Positions 1 to 9,262 of a DNA stretch of 30,138 nt are shown here, one piece after another. The DNA is taken from positions 1-30,138 of the forward strand of contig JBBDRO010000064.1 of assembly GCA_040905425.1 (NCBI GenBank). Direction: 5' to 3'. Below the pieces are notes generated by a model. The model made no database searches. It saw nothing but the letters and a program-made list of their open reading frames with translations, and had not been told where the DNA came from. The DNA is from Gemmatimonadota bacterium. Lineage in GTDB: Bacteria > Gemmatimonadota > Gemmatimonadetes > Longimicrobiales > RSA9. How positions within the stretch are numbered: the stretch's first letter is position 1; each line of letters begins with the position of its first letter. Both the position numbers and the translations under genes were made by a program.

Positions 1-48
1 CCGGTCTTTTTTGCTATATCAGGACCAGCCGTCACGCTTGTTCAAGGC

Positions 49-1101
49 CTAGGCGGCGGGCGTTTCCGCGCCGTGGTGGCCGGGCGGGCCGTGGTCTCGG
101 CCGTGGCCGCGGGGGATCCCACGATCGCCAGCGGCGCGGTGCTGCACGTGCGGCCCCGCGCCGCCTCGGCGGTGGTGACCCCGGCCGCCGTGACGCTGGC
201 GGCCCTGGGGGAGACCGCGGCGCTCAGTGCCGCGGCCAGCGACTCCCTCGGCCACCCCGTGGCGGTGAGCTTCACGTGGTCCAGCGCGGATTCGAGCGTG
301 GCCAGCGTGGACGCCGCGGGTCTGGTCACGGCCCGCGCCGCGGGCGGCACGCAGATCCGCGCCACGGCCGACGGCGGCGTGACGGCCACCGCGGAGGTGA
401 CGGTGGGGCAGGTGGTGCGCGCCGTGGATGTGGAGCCCGGTTCGTTGAGCTTCAGCTCACTGCATGACACTACCCGCCTGAGCGCCGTGGCACGGGACGC
501 CAACGGCCATGCGGTGGCCGGCGCGTCCATCACCTGGTCCGTGACCAACCCGGCCATTCTGACGGTCGACAGCACCGGCCTCGTGACGGCCCGCTCCAAC
601 GGGCAGGCCTACGTGCGTGCCAGCGCGGATCAGGTGCGTAAGGATGTGCTGGCGGAAGTGGCACAGGTGGCTGACAGTCTGGCCGTGGCTCCCGCCGAAG
701 TCGTACTGCGGGCCCCGGGCGACACGGCCCGGGTCGCCGCCGTGGTGTTCGATGCGGGCGGCAGTGACATGGACGCGCCCCGGAGCTGGCGGACGGGCAA
801 TGCGCAGGTGGCCACGGTGGACAGCACCGGGCTGGTCCGCGCTGCCGGCCCGGGGGATACCTGGGTACATGCCACGTCGGCGGCGCTCGCGGATTCCGCC
901 CGGGTGCGGGTGCTCATTCCCAACCTGGTGCTCACCCGGCTCACGCTGACGCCCGCCGGCACGGTGCACCAGGACAGTACGCTCGCCGTGCGCGTGACCA
1001 TCCACAACGCCGGGACGGCCGAGGCGCCCGCCGCCGGCCTGCGCCTGGCCGTGCTGGACGCGGCCAACGACACCGTGGTGGCGGACACCGTGGTGGCGTA
1101 G
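49..1101 (+). CDS. 5' segment of a giant Ig-like (Big_2) / CARDB repeat surface protein; true start lies outside the window or is lost; ends at an in-frame TAG
   Basis: Three Big_2-type units (WSSADSSVASVDAAGLVTARAAG; WSVTNPAILTVDSTGLVTARSNG; WRTGNAQVATVDSTGLVRAAGPG), then a CARDB-like start at 919 (PNLVLTRLTLTP...VTIHNAGTAEA). Frame is open back to nt 1, with no signal peptide or RBS. Same frame as ORF 1114..7872. Confidence 0.75.
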   Translation, partial: LGGGRFRAVVAGRAVVSAVAAGDPTIASGAVLHVRPRAASAVVTPAAVTLAALGETAALSAAASDSLGHPVAVSFTWSSADSSVASVDAAGLVTARAAGGTQIRATADGGVTATAEVTVGQVVRAVDVEPGSLSFSSLHDTTRLSAVARDANGHAVAGASITWSVTNPAILTVDSTGLVTARSNGQAYVRASADQVRKDVLAEVAQVADSLAVAPAEVVLRAPGDTARVAAVVFDAGGSDMDAPRSWRTGNAQVATVDSTGLVRAAGPGDTWVHATSAALADSARVRVLIPNLVLTRLTLTPAGTVHQDSTLAVRVTIHNAGTAEAPAAGLRLAVLDAANDTVVADTVVA

Positions 1102-4100
1102 CCCGCACTCGGCGTGGGGGACAGCGCCGTCGTGAGCCTGGCCGAGCCGCTCGGCCGGGAGATCCTGTGGCCGGACACCGTGCTCATCCTGGCCACGACG
1201 GATGCCAACGGTGAGGTGACGGAGTCCAGCGAGGCGGACAACCAGGCGCGGAGCGGTGCCCTGATCGTGCGCTTCGGGGCGCACGCCATCACCGCGCCCG
1301 ACACCCTGTGGCTGGCCGGCGTGGGAGACACGGCGAGCGTCGCCGCGCAGGTGCTGGACGCTCGGGGGCGGGTCCTGCCGGACGGCGTGACGTTCACGGC
1401 CGCGGATCCCGCGCTGGCCACGGTGGACGCGGCGGGGCTGGTCACGGCCCGCGGCATCGGTGAGACGGAGGTGCTGCTCGGGGCCGGCGCGGTCCAGCGT
1501 GCGGTCACGGTGGTGGTCCAGGCGCCGAACCTGCGGCCGACGGCGCTCGCCGTGGCGCCGGCCGACAGCGTGCTCGAGGGTGACACGCTGAGCGTGAGCC
1601 TGTCCCTGGAGAACACCGGCGCTGGGCAGGCCGCGGCGAGTGCGCTGCGCGTGTCGGCGCTGGACCCGGGGAATGCGACGGTCGCTTTCGACACGGTGCT
1701 GCCGCAGCCGGCCATGGCGCCGGGCGCCACGCTGCCGCTCACGGTGCGCATTCCGGTGCCTGGCGGCGCCGTCTTCCCCGACTCGCTGGTGGTGCGCGTG
1801 CGGGTGGACGATGCCGCAGCGGTGGCGGAGGCGGACGAGGCGGACAACGAGGCCACGAGCGGTGTGGTGCGCGTGCGCTTCCTCGCGGCCAGCCTCGTGG
1901 TGCAGCCGGACTCGCTGGAGTTCACGGCCGCTGGTGACACCGCGCGGGCCACGGCGGTGCTGCGCGACGGTCAGGGCGCCACGATCGAACGGCCCATCTC
2001 CTGGGAGACCCGGGACGCCGGTGTGGCGCAGGTGGACGGTCTCGGCCTCGTAACGGCGGGTACGCCGGGTAGCACGTGGGTCGTGGCCAGCGCCGACGGA
2101 CAGATGGACAGTTTGCGGGTGCGCGTACTCGGCCTGCCCAATCTGCGCATACGGCGCTTCGTCGTGACCCCCGCGGACACGATCGTGGAGGGGGACAGCC
2201 TGGGCCTCGACATTGTGGTGGAGAACGTGGGCGAGCAGGACGCGCCCGCGTTCACGCTGCGCCTGGAGGGCATCGATGCCGGGACGCTGGTAGCGCTCGG
2301 GGACACCTCGGAAGTGCAGCCCCCGCTGGCCGCCGGGGACAGCCTGGTGCTGAGCGGCTACCTGCCGTTCACGCGCGGCGTGGGGGCGCCCGACTCGCTC
2401 TTCCTGCGCCTCACCGCGGACGCGGATGACGTGGTGGCCGAATCGAACGAGGGGGACAACAGCGCCCAGACCGCCGCGCCGCGCTACGTGGTGTTCCTGG
2501 CGGCGTCCGTGAGCGTGACGCCCGCCGAGCTGACCCTGCCGCTCGGGGACAGCGCCGTGCTGAGCGCCACGGTGCTCGACGTGAGCGCGCGCCCCCTGGT
2601 TCGCCCCCTGAGCTGGTCGAGCAGCGCGCCGGCGGTGGCCACGGTGGACACGGCGGGCGTGGTGCGCGCGGTGGGCGATGGCACGGCGCGGATCGAGGTG
2701 AGCGCCGATGGCGTGGTGGCCGGCATGGACGTGCTCGTGCTGCCAGCGGTTTCGCCCGGCTTCACCAGGGAGTGGCTGTCGGGCCCTGGCCCGGATGGCA
2801 CCGACTGGCAGACGGCCGCCAACTGGAACCCGCCCGGCGTGCCCACGGCCACGGACACGGTACTGATTCCAGGCAGCGTGCCCTCACCCACGCTGCGCGG
2901 TGCCGACGGCTTCGCGGCTCGGCTGGTCCTGGCCGGCGCCTTCATGGCCGTGGACACGGTGACGCTCCACGTGGGTGGTGACCTGCTCGGCGGCGGTAAC
3001 GTGGGTGGCACGAGTGGTCTGGTGCGCCTGTCGGGCGCCGCAGCGCGCGCCCATGCCTATGTCTCCAGCCTGGCGGTGGCGGGGAATGTCACCGCGGAGG
3101 GTGCGCTCGAGGCCAGCGGCGCGTTCACCATCGAGGCCGGCGGCTCTCTCGAAGTCGGCGCCACGAACGTCATTGCCGGGACGGGTCTGGTGAACCGCGG
3201 GGCGCTCACCATGAGTGACGCGAACGGCTATCTGCAGGTGCAGGGCACGGCCGATCTGGCGGGGGGCACCACCGCCCTGACGGCGGGCGTGCTCGAGCTC
3301 GAGGGTGATCTGGTGGCCGGCGCGTGCGGCTCGGTGAACGCCAGCGGCACGCACCTCACCCGTGTCTCGGGCGCCGGGCCACGCGCCTTCGACGTGCCGT
3401 GCGACTCGGCGGACGGTTTCCAGGACGTCTCGCTGGAGATCACGGACGGCTCCGCCCTGACCCTGCTCACCGACCTGAACGTGCGCGGCACCCTGCAGAC
3501 GAGCGATCCGCAGTCGCTCACCGGCGGCGGTACGTCCCTGGCCGTCACGGACGTGAACGCCGCCGACCTCACCTTCGACGGCGTGCCACTGGTGGTGGAG
3601 GGCGGGACGGACTCCCGCTTCGAGCGTTTCACCTTCAGCGGCATGGATCCGAGCGCCACGCAGCTGACCCTGCGGCACCCGGGCGGTGGGGACGCCGAGC
3701 CGGTCATGCTCGACTCCCTGACCTTCACGACCACGCCGAACACGGCGGGCGCCTACCTGGCGGCGGAGGACTCCGCGCCGGGTGACTCGCTGGTGGTTTA
3801 CATGCCCTCCGCCACCCCGGTGGACGGGTCGGCGCACACGCGGGTCCTGGGCAGCGCCACCGTGCACTGGTCGCCGAGCACGGCCGTCAGCCTCGCGGCC
3901 ACGCCCGTTACCGTCACGCTGGAGGTGGGTGATACGGTGCGTGTGGACGTCGCGGCGCTCTCGCCCAGTGGCTTCGAGGTGCCGGCCGTCATCGGTCTCA
4001 CCTCCGACAATCAGAACGTAGCCATTGTCGATGGGGATTCGCTGATCATCGGCGTGGCCGCCGACACTACGAGGGTGCGGGCGACCTTCGGTGCGCTCGA

Positions 4101-7100
4101 GGAAACGGTGGCCGTCACCGTTACGGCCTCGCTTGTCAGCTGGGTCGGCGGGGCAGGCGCCGATCCGAGCGACTGGTCAGAGCCGGCCAACTGGGCGCCG
4201 GCACGGGTGCCGGGCCCGACCGACAGCGTCTACGTGGACGCCACGGCGTTCGCGCCGCAGCTGAGTGCGCCCGATACCGTGCTCCGGTTGCGGCTCGCGC
4301 CCGGCGCGGAGCTGGACCTGGCCGGCCAAGACCTCACGGTGCTCGAGGATCTGGAGGCGGGCAATACCATCGTCAATTCGGCCGGCACCCCCGGCTCGGT
4401 GATCATGGTGGGCAGTTCGGGTCAGATCAGCGGCACGGTGCCGGGGCTGGTGGTGGAGGGAAACATCACGGCATTGGATCGTGTGGTGGCCACGAGCAAC
4501 TTCGAGCTCAAGGCGGGCGCGTCGCTGGACATGGCGCTGCACCACCTCGAGATCCGCGGCCACGGCCGCTTCCATGGGCTGCTCACCAACGCGAATGTCC
4601 TCGAACTGGCGGGAGTGGGCAGGAACATCCGCGGCCTCATTGCCAGCGGGCGGATCACGGGCACCGTGCTCCTCGACAGCGCGCTCGTGGTGACCGACAC
4701 GCTGGACGTCGACGGCGGCTTCGTGCGCCCGAATGGCCGTGGGCTGAAGATCGGCAAGCTGCTGCGCACACGGAACGGCGGTGCGCTGGAGATGGATAGC
4801 GTCGCGGATTCCGTGCAGGTGGATGGCAACGCCGACTTCTTCGGCGGGCGGGGCAACGGCATGAGCGCGGGCGTGCTGCGTGTGCGTGGCGGGTTGCGGG
4901 CCGGCCACGCGGCGGAGGGCGCCACATGCAACGCCTTCAGCCCGGGCCGGGGACACAGGCTGGTGCTGGACGGCGCCGCCGCCCAGACGGTGGACATCGA
5001 CTGCGCGGACTCGGGACTCGGTACCGCGGAGTTCACGAATCCCGCCGGCGTGACCCTGCAGGGAGCGGTCCGGATCAAGGGACCGGCACGCGTGGTCGAC
5101 GGCACCGTGAACGGCTCCGCCGTCGTGACGCTGGAGGACACGCTCAGCGACGCTCAGGGCGGCCGTTGGCGCCCGACCACGCACGTCCGCGGCAACGGCG
5201 CGCTGCCGGACTCGGTGGACGCGGAGCTGGTTTTCATGACGGGGCGGGTGCTCGACAAGCGGCTCCGCGTCCGCACGGTGGTCGTGGCGGACACGGCCAC
5301 GCTGGAGCTGGGCGGGCAGACGCTGGTGGCAGATAGCGTGGAAATCGGCGGGTCGGGTGCGCTGCGGGTGGCCGGCGGCCGTGTCTCCGTCAAGGGCGGA
5401 CTGGGCACACGGGACAGCGGTGTGCTGGTTATGCAGGACGCGACCGACGTGGTGGAGGTCCTGGGGCGGGCGGACTTCGGCGGCGGCTCGCACGATGGCC
5501 TGCTCACCGACGGCGTACTCGAGCTGGCCGGTGACGTGAGCCAGACGGGCAATTGCACGGACGCCGATCAGGCGCGCCGCTTCCGCGCAACCGGGAGTCA
5601 CCGGACGCTGCTCAAGGGCGCGAGTCAGAACGTGGATCTGGTCTGTGGCGGCGACTCGCGCTTCGCCACGCTGGAGGTGGAGGCTACCACAACGGCCACC
5701 TTCACGGCGGATTCCACCGCAGTGGATACGGTGCGCGTTCGTGGCGCCGCCAGCGGCACGGGCAAGCTGCTGGTTGAGGGTGACGTGACCGGTGAGGCCG
5801 GTAGTAGCGTGACCATGGGCACCGTACGGGTGAAGGGTGCGCTGGCGGCCGCCGGTGCATTCGACGTGGACACCACGGAGTTCGCTGGCACGGGGCAGGC
5901 CATTGACTCCCTTGCCTACAACAATGTCGTGGTCACGGGTGACGCGGTGGCGGAGGACACGCTGACGCTCGCCGGCAGTCTCGAAATCCGCGGCAATGGC
6001 GCCCGCTTCAGCGCGGGGGGCAAGGCGGTGACCATCGGCGACTCCCTGCGCACCCGCGACGGTGGCATCCTCACCATGAAGGATCATGCGGACAGCGTGG
6101 TCGTGGGCAAGGACGCCACGTTCGCGGGCGGCAGCACGACGGACTCGCTGACGGCGGGGGTGCTGGAGGTACGGGGCAATCTCCGCCAGGAGGGCGGCGG
6201 TTCATCGCTCGTGGCGGGCGGCGGCTTCAGCATGGCGGCTGCGGTGGCTGGCACGTGCTCCTCCTTTGCGCCCAGCGGCACGCACCGCCTGCGGCTGACC
6301 GGCGGGGCGGGGCAGATCGTGGAGCTGGACTGCCCGAGCGGCTCCGGCCTGAACGAAGTGGTGATCGACAACCCCACCACGGTCTCGATCGTGGGCACGG
6401 TACCGGTGGCCGGCCCCGTGCGCGTGCTGTCCGGCACTGTGGACGGCGGCGGCGAGCCGGTCCTGCAGGGCACGCTGGAGGTGGCCGCCGGCGCGAAGTG
6501 GTCCCCCTTCCGCACCCGGTTCCGCGGCACGCCGGCGCTCTCCCTGGCGCGTGACACGCTTTACACCAACGCGTTCTTCGAGAGCTCCTATACACTCGGA
6601 GATACCCTGAATGTGGTGGGCTCGCTGGAACTGCGCGGTGCGGTTGTGCGTGGCAACGGCAGCCCGCTCACGGTATTCGGTGACCTCGTGGTGGATTCCA
6701 TGGGCACCTACGCGCCCGACAGCGCCACCACGCGCGTGCTCGGCAGTCTGTTCACGCGCGGCTCCGGCACGCTGGAGATGACCAGCACGGCGGACGTGGT
6801 GGAGGTGCAGGACAGCGCCGTATTCGGCGGCGGTGACACGGCAGGCTCGTTGACCGCCGGCCTGCTGCGGTTGCGTGGCACGTTCGCGCAGGTGGGCGCG
6901 TGCGCCGCCCCTGATTCTGGAAGGTCCTTCGCGGCCACCGGGAACCACCGCACGGAGCTGGCGGGTGGCACGGGATTGCAGGTCGTGTCCTTCGAGTGTG
7001 TGGACACCACGGGTATCGACCCGAGGTCGCGTTTCCAGGAGCTGGACGTCGAAACGGCGGACAGCGTGCACTTTGCCACGACGACCGTCGTGGAGGGATC

Positions 7101-7872
7101 GGTGGACGTGAAGCGGGCCGGGCAGGGCATCACCGGCGGTCCGAACGTGGTGATCGGTCAGAACCTCACCGACGCGCACGGGCGCTGGCGTGCGGAGAAG
7201 ACCACGTATCGGGGCAAGAATCCCGCGACACCCAGCACGCATCGCCGGGCGGTCACCTATCATGATACGGTGGCATTGAGCGCGCCCGCCGTGTACGAAA
7301 AGGGCCTCACCCTGGAGGCCGGCCGCCGCGGTCAGACCATCACGGTGGCCGTGATGGACATGGCCGGCCACGACATGCAAGTCGTGGGCGACCTTCGGAT
7401 TCGCAACAGCGCCACGCTCGATCTCTCGGGCGGCACGCTCACGGTGACGGGCGTCCTTATCCTCGAGGATTCCGCCACGTTGACCGTGGGCACCGGGACG
7501 CTCGACGCGGATTCCATGGTGATCAGCCCAACCGCCACCCTCGCGGCAGCGGGCCAGGCTACGGGCGTCCGCTGGCTGGCCCGGTCGAACCACACGAGCG
7601 CGGAGCCGCCGGGCGGCGCCGGGCATGCCGACGGCTTTCAGCACTGCCCGCCACCGGGCCTCGGGCTGGTGACGAGTTGCGGCCAGCCCCCCTCATCCCC
7701 CGGCGATCGCGCCCTGGCCGCGCGTCTCGCCACGCTCACCTGGCACCCCGTAGGATTGAGCGCTCTCCTTTGGCGGTCGCATCCACGCGCAACGGCAGTT
7801 CCGCCCACGCCTCATTCTCCTCGCCTTACACCTTCCTGGTGGGTCCCGGCGCGCAGGCAATTTTTGGCCTGA
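1102..7872 (+). CDS. 3' segment of the same giant extracellular/adhesin-like protein (CARDB repeats, Big_2 repeats, Gly/Val/Thr-rich beta-solenoid region)
   Basis: CARDB signatures (GEVTESSEADN, AVAEADEADN, VVAESNEGDN; PNL starts at 1525 and 2137) alternate with Big_2 units. Two 'W..A.NW.P..VP..TD.V' motifs (~2803, ~4171). Five copies of a Cys-pair module. Continues in frame directly after TAG 1099-1101. Confidence 0.8.
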   Translation, partial: PALGVGDSAVVSLAEPLGREILWPDTVLILATTDANGEVTESSEADNQARSGALIVRFGAHAITAPDTLWLAGVGDTASVAAQVLDARGRVLPDGVTFTAADPALATVDAAGLVTARGIGETEVLLGAGAVQRAVTVVVQAPNLRPTALAVAPADSVLEGDTLSVSLSLENTGAGQAAASALRVSALDPGNATVAFDTVLPQPAMAPGATLPLTVRIPVPGGAVFPDSLVVRVRVDDAAAVAEADEADNEATSGVVRVRFLAASLVVQPDSLEFTAAGDTARATAVLRDGQGATIERPISWETRDAGVAQVDGLGLVTAGTPGSTWVVASADGQMDSLRVRVLGLPNLRIRRFVVTPADTIVEGDSLGLDIVVENVGEQDAPAFTLRLEGIDAGTLVALGDTSEVQPPLAAGDSLVLSGYLPFTRGVGAPDSLFLRLTADADDVVAESNEGDNSAQTAAPRYVVFLAASVSVTPAELTLPLGDSAVLSATVLDVSARPLVRPLSWSSSAPAVATVDTAGVVRAVGDGTARIEVSADGVVAGMDVLVLPAVSPGFTREWLSGPGPDGTDWQTAANWNPPGVPTATDTVLIPGSVPSPTLRGADGFAARLVLAGAFMAVDTVTLHVGGDLLGGGNVGGTSGLVRLSGAAARAHAYVSSLAVAGNVTAEGALEASGAFTIEAGGSLEVGATNVIAGTGLVNRGALTMSDANGYLQVQGTADLAGGTTALTAGVLELEGDLVAGACGSVNASGTHLTRVSGAGPRAFDVPCDSADGFQDVSLEITDGSALTLLTDLNVRGTLQTSDPQSLTGGGTSLAVTDVNAADLTFDGVPLVVEGGTDSRFERFTFSGMDPSATQLTLRHPGGGDAEPVMLDSLTFTTTPNTAGAYLAAEDSAPGDSLVVYMPSATPVDGSAHTRVLGSATVHWSPSTAVSLAATPVTVTLEVGDTVRVDVAALSPSGFEVPAVIGLTSDNQNVAIVDGDSLIIGVAADTTRVRATFGALEETVAVTVTASLVSWVGGAGADPSDWSEPANWAPARVPGPTDSVYVDATAFAPQLSAPDTVLRLRLAPGAELDLAGQDLTVLEDLEAGNTIVNSAGTPGSVIMVGSSGQISGTVPGLVVEGNITALDRVVATSNFELKAGASLDMALHHLEIRGHGRFHGLLTNANVLELAGVGRNIRGLIASGRITGTVLLDSALVVTDTLDVDGGFVRPNGRGLKIGKLLRTRNGGALEMDSVADSVQVDGNADFFGGRGNGMSAGVLRVRGGLRAGHAAEGATCNAFSPGRGHRLVLDGAAAQTVDIDCADSGLGTAEFTNPAGVTLQGAVRIKGPARVVDGTVNGSAVVTLEDTLSDAQGGRWRPTTHVRGNGALPDSVDAELVFMTGRVLDKRLRVRTVVVADTATLELGGQTLVADSVEIGGSGALRVAGGRVSVKGGLGTRDSGVLVMQDATDVVEVLGRADFGGGSHDGLLTDGVLELAGDVSQTGNCTDADQARRFRATGSHRTLLKGASQNVDLVCGGDSRFATLEVEATTTATFTADSTAVDTVRVRGAASGTGKLLVEGDVTGEAGSSVTMGTVRVKGALAAAGAFDVDTTEFAGTGQAIDSLAYNNVVVTGDAVAEDTLTLAGSLEIRGNGARFSAGGKAVTIGDSLRTRDGGILTMKDHADSVVVGKDATFAGGSTTDSLTAGVLEVRGNLRQEGGGSSLVAGGGFSMAAAVAGTCSSFAPSGTHRLRLTGGAGQIVELDCPSGSGLNEVVIDNPTTVSIVGTVPVAGPVRVLSGTVDGGGEPVLQGTLEVAAGAKWSPFRTRFRGTPALSLARDTLYTNAFFESSYTLGDTLNVVGSLELRGAVVRGNGSPLTVFGDLVVDSMGTYAPDSATTRVLGSLFTRGSGTLEMTSTADVVEVQDSAVFGGGDTAGSLTAGLLRLRGTFAQVGACAAPDSGRSFAATGNHRTELAGGTGLQVVSFECVDTTGIDPRSRFQELDVETADSVHFATTTVVEGSVDVKRAGQGITGGPNVVIGQNLTDAHGRWRAEKTTYRGKNPATPSTHRRAVTYHDTVALSAPAVYEKGLTLEAGRRGQTITVAVMDMAGHDMQVVGDLRIRNSATLDLSGGTLTVTGVLILEDSATLTVGTGTLDADSMVISPTATLAAAGQATGVRWLARSNHTSAEPPGGAGHADGFQHCPPPGLGLVTSCGQPPSSPGDRALAARLATLTWHPVGLSALLWRSHPRATAVPPTPHSPRLTPSWWVPARRQFLA

Positions 7873-8099
7873 TCAGGGCGCTTTTCGGGTTTTCCACAAC
7901 GCTGTAGTGGAATTCCCGACGAGATGGGACATATTGACCCCAGGACAATCCTCCTTTTTCCGACAGACGGTGACGGGCGCGGGAGGTAGGTTCCCGCCCA
8001 ATCGCCGGACATCGGACTCATGCCGGGAGAGACCCGGCCGCCGCTGCGAAGACGGCGCGCGCTGCGCCCATGATACGCACACGATACGAGGGAGCTTCC

Positions 8100-9227
8100 A
8101 TGAAGGTGGTCGTCCCGAACGAAGCCGCAGGCGGAGAACGCCGCGTTGCGCTCACGCCCGATAGCGTTGCCAGGTTGGTGAAGGCCGGACTGGAGGTGGC
8201 CGTCGAGGCGGGCGCAGGGGCCGAAGCGGGGTTCGCCGACCCTGCGTACGAAAAGGCCGGCGCCAGCGTCCAGCAGGACGGCGCCGGCCTTCTGGCATCC
8301 GGTGACACGGTGATCCTGGCCGGCCCGGTCCAGGACCCGGTGGTGGAGGGGATGCGGGAAGGAGCCATGCTGATCGGCTTCCTGTCCCCGCTGAACTCGC
8401 CTGAACTGGTCAGCCGGCTCGCGGAGCGCAGGATAACGGGCGTCTCCATGGAGATGGTCCCCCGCATCACCCGGGCGCAGCGCATGGACGCGCTGTCTTC
8501 CCAGGCCACGGTGGCCGGTTACAAGGCGGTGCTCCTGGCCGCCGCGGCCTCCAGCAAGTTCTTCCCCATGATCACATCGGCCGCCGGCACCATCCCGCCG
8601 GCCAAGGTGCTGGTCCTGGGCGCGGGCGTGGCGGGTCTGCAGGCGCTGGCCACCGCGCGGCGCCTGGGCGCCGTCACCTCGGGCTTCGACATCCGTCCCG
8701 AGGTGAAAGAGCAGGTGGAGAGCCTGGGCGCCAAATGGGTGGGCATCCAGATGGAGGAGGCCGTGGCCGAGGGCGGCTACGCCAAGGAGGTCTCCGAGGA
8801 GGCGCAGAAGCAGGAGCACGAGCATCTGCGCGCCCTCGTGGCGGAGGCCGACGTGGTCATCACCACGGCCCAGATCCCGGGCCGGAAGGCGCCGGTGCTG
8901 ATCACCCGGGATATGGTGGAGGCCATGAAGAGCGCCTCCGTGATCATGGACCTGGCGGCCGAATCGGGGGGCAACTGCGAGTTGACGCAGGCGGGCCAGG
9001 AGGTGCGCCACGGCGGCGTCCTCATCCTGGGACCGCGCAACCTACCGGGCTCGATGCCCACGCACGCCAGCCAGCTCTACGCCCGCAACGTGGAGACGCT
9101 GCTCCTCCACATGGTCGAGGATGGCGAGCTGGCGCTGGACATGGAAGATGAGATCAACGCCGGCTGCGTGGTCACGCACGGGGGAGATGTGGTCCATCCA
9201 CGGCTCAAGGCGCAGGCCGCCGTATGA
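8100..9227 (+). CDS. pntAA: NAD(P)+ transhydrogenase subunit alpha, part 1 (domain I)
   Basis: Motifs GERRVALTP, RITRAQRMDALSSQATVAGYKAV, VLVLGAGVAGLQA, DVVITTAQIPGRKAP, DLAAESGGNCE. GGGAG RBS before ATG 8100. Confidence 0.95.
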   Translation: MKVVVPNEAAGGERRVALTPDSVARLVKAGLEVAVEAGAGAEAGFADPAYEKAGASVQQDGAGLLASGDTVILAGPVQDPVVEGMREGAMLIGFLSPLNSPELVSRLAERRITGVSMEMVPRITRAQRMDALSSQATVAGYKAVLLAAAASSKFFPMITSAAGTIPPAKVLVLGAGVAGLQALATARRLGAVTSGFDIRPEVKEQVESLGAKWVGIQMEEAVAEGGYAKEVSEEAQKQEHEHLRALVAEADVVITTAQIPGRKAPVLITRDMVEAMKSASVIMDLAAESGGNCELTQAGQEVRHGGVLILGPRNLPGSMPTHASQLYARNVETLLLHMVEDGELALDMEDEINAGCVVTHGGDVVHPRLKAQAAV

Positions 9228-9262
9228 GCACCAACGCTGACTTTTCAATGGGAGCGTAGATC

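Noticed and set aside
1099..1101. Genome-wide TAG reassignment, pyrrolysine or a suppressor tRNA explaining the in-frame amber
   Set aside because: TAG terminates ccmH, fhs (conserved GLF end), gltX and yhaM normally. The only tRNA has the ordinary CTG anticodon, not CTA. No pyl genes are in the window.
7890..7898. DnaA box-like 9-mer TTTTCCACA, or a Rex half-site
   Set aside because: Single isolated copy, with no box cluster or unwinding element and no matching TTGTGA half-site.
7677..7907. Transposase remnant / IS end at the 3' end of the giant gene (ORF ending FSTTL)
   Set aside because: No transposase motif in the plus-strand frames translated, and no matching second terminal repeat was found.
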